Shown: piece after piece, positions 62,520 to 64,000 of the stretch
How positions within the stretch are numbered: position 1 is the stretch's first letter
Layout: every line of letters starts with the position of its first letter
Source: an uncultured delta proteobacterium
Lineage (GTDB): Bacteria; Desulfobacterota; RBG-13-43-22
Assembly (NCBI GenBank): GCA_963802945.1
Contig: CAWDKY010000017.1
Span: 128,001-192,000 of the forward strand
Length of the DNA: 64,000 bases
Direction: 5' to 3'
Translations under genes and position numbers: made by a program
The notes under the pieces: generated by a model
Told to the model about the DNA's origin: nothing
The model's database searches: none
Seen by the model: only the letters and a program-made list of their open reading frames with translations

Positions 62520-63490
62520 TTGCCGAAGACTTAAAGGATTTCAAAAGATTTACGCCCAAAACCCTGCCCAAAGAAGAACCTCTAGTATTCGGACATAGGG
62601 CCTGTCAGGGTTGTGGGGAGGTCTTGGCTTTACGAATGGTGGCCAAGGCCATCGGAAGTCCCATGATTGCCGTCAGCGCCACAGGATGCATGGAGATCAT
62701 CTCCTCTCCCTATCCCCAAACTGCCTGGGCCGTACCGTGGATTCATGTAGCCTTTGAAAATTCCGCGGCCGTGGCCTCCGGCGTCGAAGCCGGCCTGAAG
62801 ACCTTGATGGCCAAGGGGCGAATTCCTGAGAAAAAAATTACCGTCGTTACCTTTGCCGGTGACGGAGGGACTGCGGATATCGGGCTCCAGTCTCTTTCCG
62901 GGGCAATGGAACGGGGTCATGATTTTGTCTATGTCTGTCTGGACAATGAAGCCTACATGAATACCGGCATTCAGCGTTCCAGTGAAACTCCTTTCGGGGC
63001 CATGACCACCACTTCCCCGGCTGGAAAAATCACGGCCGGTCAAACCACTTGGAAGAAGAATCTCCCGGCCATTATGGCCGCTCACAACATCCCTTATGTG
63101 GCCACGGCCTCGCCGGCTTATTATCTGGACCTGATGAACAAGGCCAAGAAAGCGGCCTTGATCCAGGGGCCGGCCTATCTCCATGTCTATTCGCCTTGTC
63201 CCACGGGCTGGCGGCATGGAACGGATTTGGCCATTGAGGTCAGTCGTTTAGTTGTAGAAACTAATATTTTCCCATTGTATGAAGTGATTGAAGGAAAATA
63301 TGTGGTCCGGAAAAACACCAGAGTCAAACCGGTGGAAGAATATCTTAAACAACAGCGGCGCTTTAGCCACCTGACCCCGGAATTGATCCAGACCATCCAG
63401 AGCCGGGTGGATGTGGAATATGAAAGACTGCTTAAAATGGAGTCTTTAACAGGATCAGCAGAGACCAAACCGGAAGCCAAAGAAGAATAA
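62516..63490 (+). CDS. porB: 2-oxoacid:ferredoxin oxidoreductase beta subunit
   Basis: ACQGCG, GDGG, DNEAYMNTG, PCPTGW. Confidence 0.92.
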   Translation: MIAEDLKDFKRFTPKTLPKEEPLVFGHRACQGCGEVLALRMVAKAIGSPMIAVSATGCMEIISSPYPQTAWAVPWIHVAFENSAAVASGVEAGLKTLMAKGRIPEKKITVVTFAGDGGTADIGLQSLSGAMERGHDFVYVCLDNEAYMNTGIQRSSETPFGAMTTTSPAGKITAGQTTWKKNLPAIMAAHNIPYVATASPAYYLDLMNKAKKAALIQGPAYLHVYSPCPTGWRHGTDLAIEVSRLVVETNIFPLYEVIEGKYVVRKNTRVKPVEEYLKQQRRFSHLTPELIQTIQSRVDVEYERLLKMESLTGSAETKPEAKEE

Positions 63491-63559
63491 TTTGATTTCA
63501 TTAACGGCTTGAGATATAATTTCTATTAATCTTAATCCGAAATCCGCAATTGTCATTCT

Positions 63560-63665
63560 TCCCCGGTAGCTCAGTCCCGCTGTTAGCGGGATTTCGCTTG
63601 AGCTCAATTGGGGGGAGTCCCGCTCGGGGCGGGATTAATTCCGCTGGAAGCGGGATTCGAGTCCG
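63560..63665 (+). pseudogene. tRNA-Asn remnant interrupted by three mini-palindromes
   Basis: First 17 nt and T-loop TTCGAGTCCG identical to the downstream tRNA. Confidence 0.7.
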
Positions 63666-63706
63666 GAAAAGAATAAAAATATTTTTAGAATTTAATTAGA
63701 CGACAT

Positions 63707-63782
63707 TCCCCGGTAGCTCAGTCGGTAGAGCGGGTGGCTGTTAACCACTTGGTCGGCGGTTCGAGTCCGTCCCGGGGAGCCA
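63707..63782 (+). tRNA. tRNA-Asn (GTT)
   Basis: 76 nt; TCCCCGG/CCGGGGA acceptor stem, CTGTTAA anticodon loop, GTTCGA T-loop, encoded CCA. Confidence 0.97.
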
Positions 63783-63791
63783 AAAATTGAG

Positions 63792-63818
63792 AGGCCCGTT
63801 AATAAAATGGGCCTTTTT
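63792..63818 (+). terminator. Rho-independent terminator
   Basis: AGGCCCGTT..AATGGGCCT followed by a T run. Confidence 0.65.
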
Positions 63819-63834
63819 AATTAAGAGGGCGACC

Positions 63835-64000
63835 TTGCCTTTTTGGGTTTACATCCTCAGCAGTAAAACCACAGGGAAATATTACTGTGGACAAACCAAC
63901 AACCTCCAACTTCGAATTCAAGAACACAATGACCCGAATTACCAGGGCACAAGAACCACAAAACGATTTTGGGGACCTTGGGAATTGGTTTGGAAATTGG
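63835..64000 (+). CDS. Small GIY-YIG nuclease (runs off the window end)
   Basis: Manual translation from TTG: MPFWVYILSSKTTGKYYCGQTNNLQLRIQEHN...TKRFWGPWELV. Confidence 0.85.
   Translation, partial: MPFWVYILSSKTTGKYYCGQTNNLQLRIQEHNDPNYQGTRTTKRFWGPWELVWKL

Noticed and set aside
63560-63782. Prophage or island attL/attR at tRNA-Asn
   Set aside because: The duplicated pieces are under 150 bp apart and no integrase is visible; sequence beyond the window is unknown.

Overview
Bacterial chromosomal DNA whose gene content (hcp, porCDAB, two moeA, a TusE/DsrC-like remnant) suggests an anaerobic Desulfobacterota/deltaproteobacterium; the taxon is an inference. Ordinary content: Moco genes, nadE, an AddA/AddB-like pair, a Liv-type ABC operon containing an acyl-CoA ligase, hcp, porCDAB and tRNA-Asn. 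About a dozen genes are frameshifted, most likely by sequencing indels. Four features stand out. (1) An accessory island at ~12.2-18.9 kb holds co-oriented single genes separated by three copies of a 75-bp direct repeat. One repeat end matches the 22-bp inverted ends of a neighbouring RAYT/HUH transposase and the other carries an integron-type GTTRRRY core; attC remnants lie nearby, but no integrase is present. (2) A ketosynthase-less lipid-tailoring cluster at 43.9-55.3 kb encodes two B12 radical SAM enzymes, ACP, PPTase, a DAK2-DegV fusion, PlsY, an acyltransferase and GT2-DUF2062. (3) Palindromic repeats and MITEs are nested inside one another, with diagnostic target-site duplications. (4) A palindrome-disrupted tRNA-Asn copy sits beside the intact tRNA and a GIY-YIG nuclease. 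No database searches were run; all calls come from motif reading.
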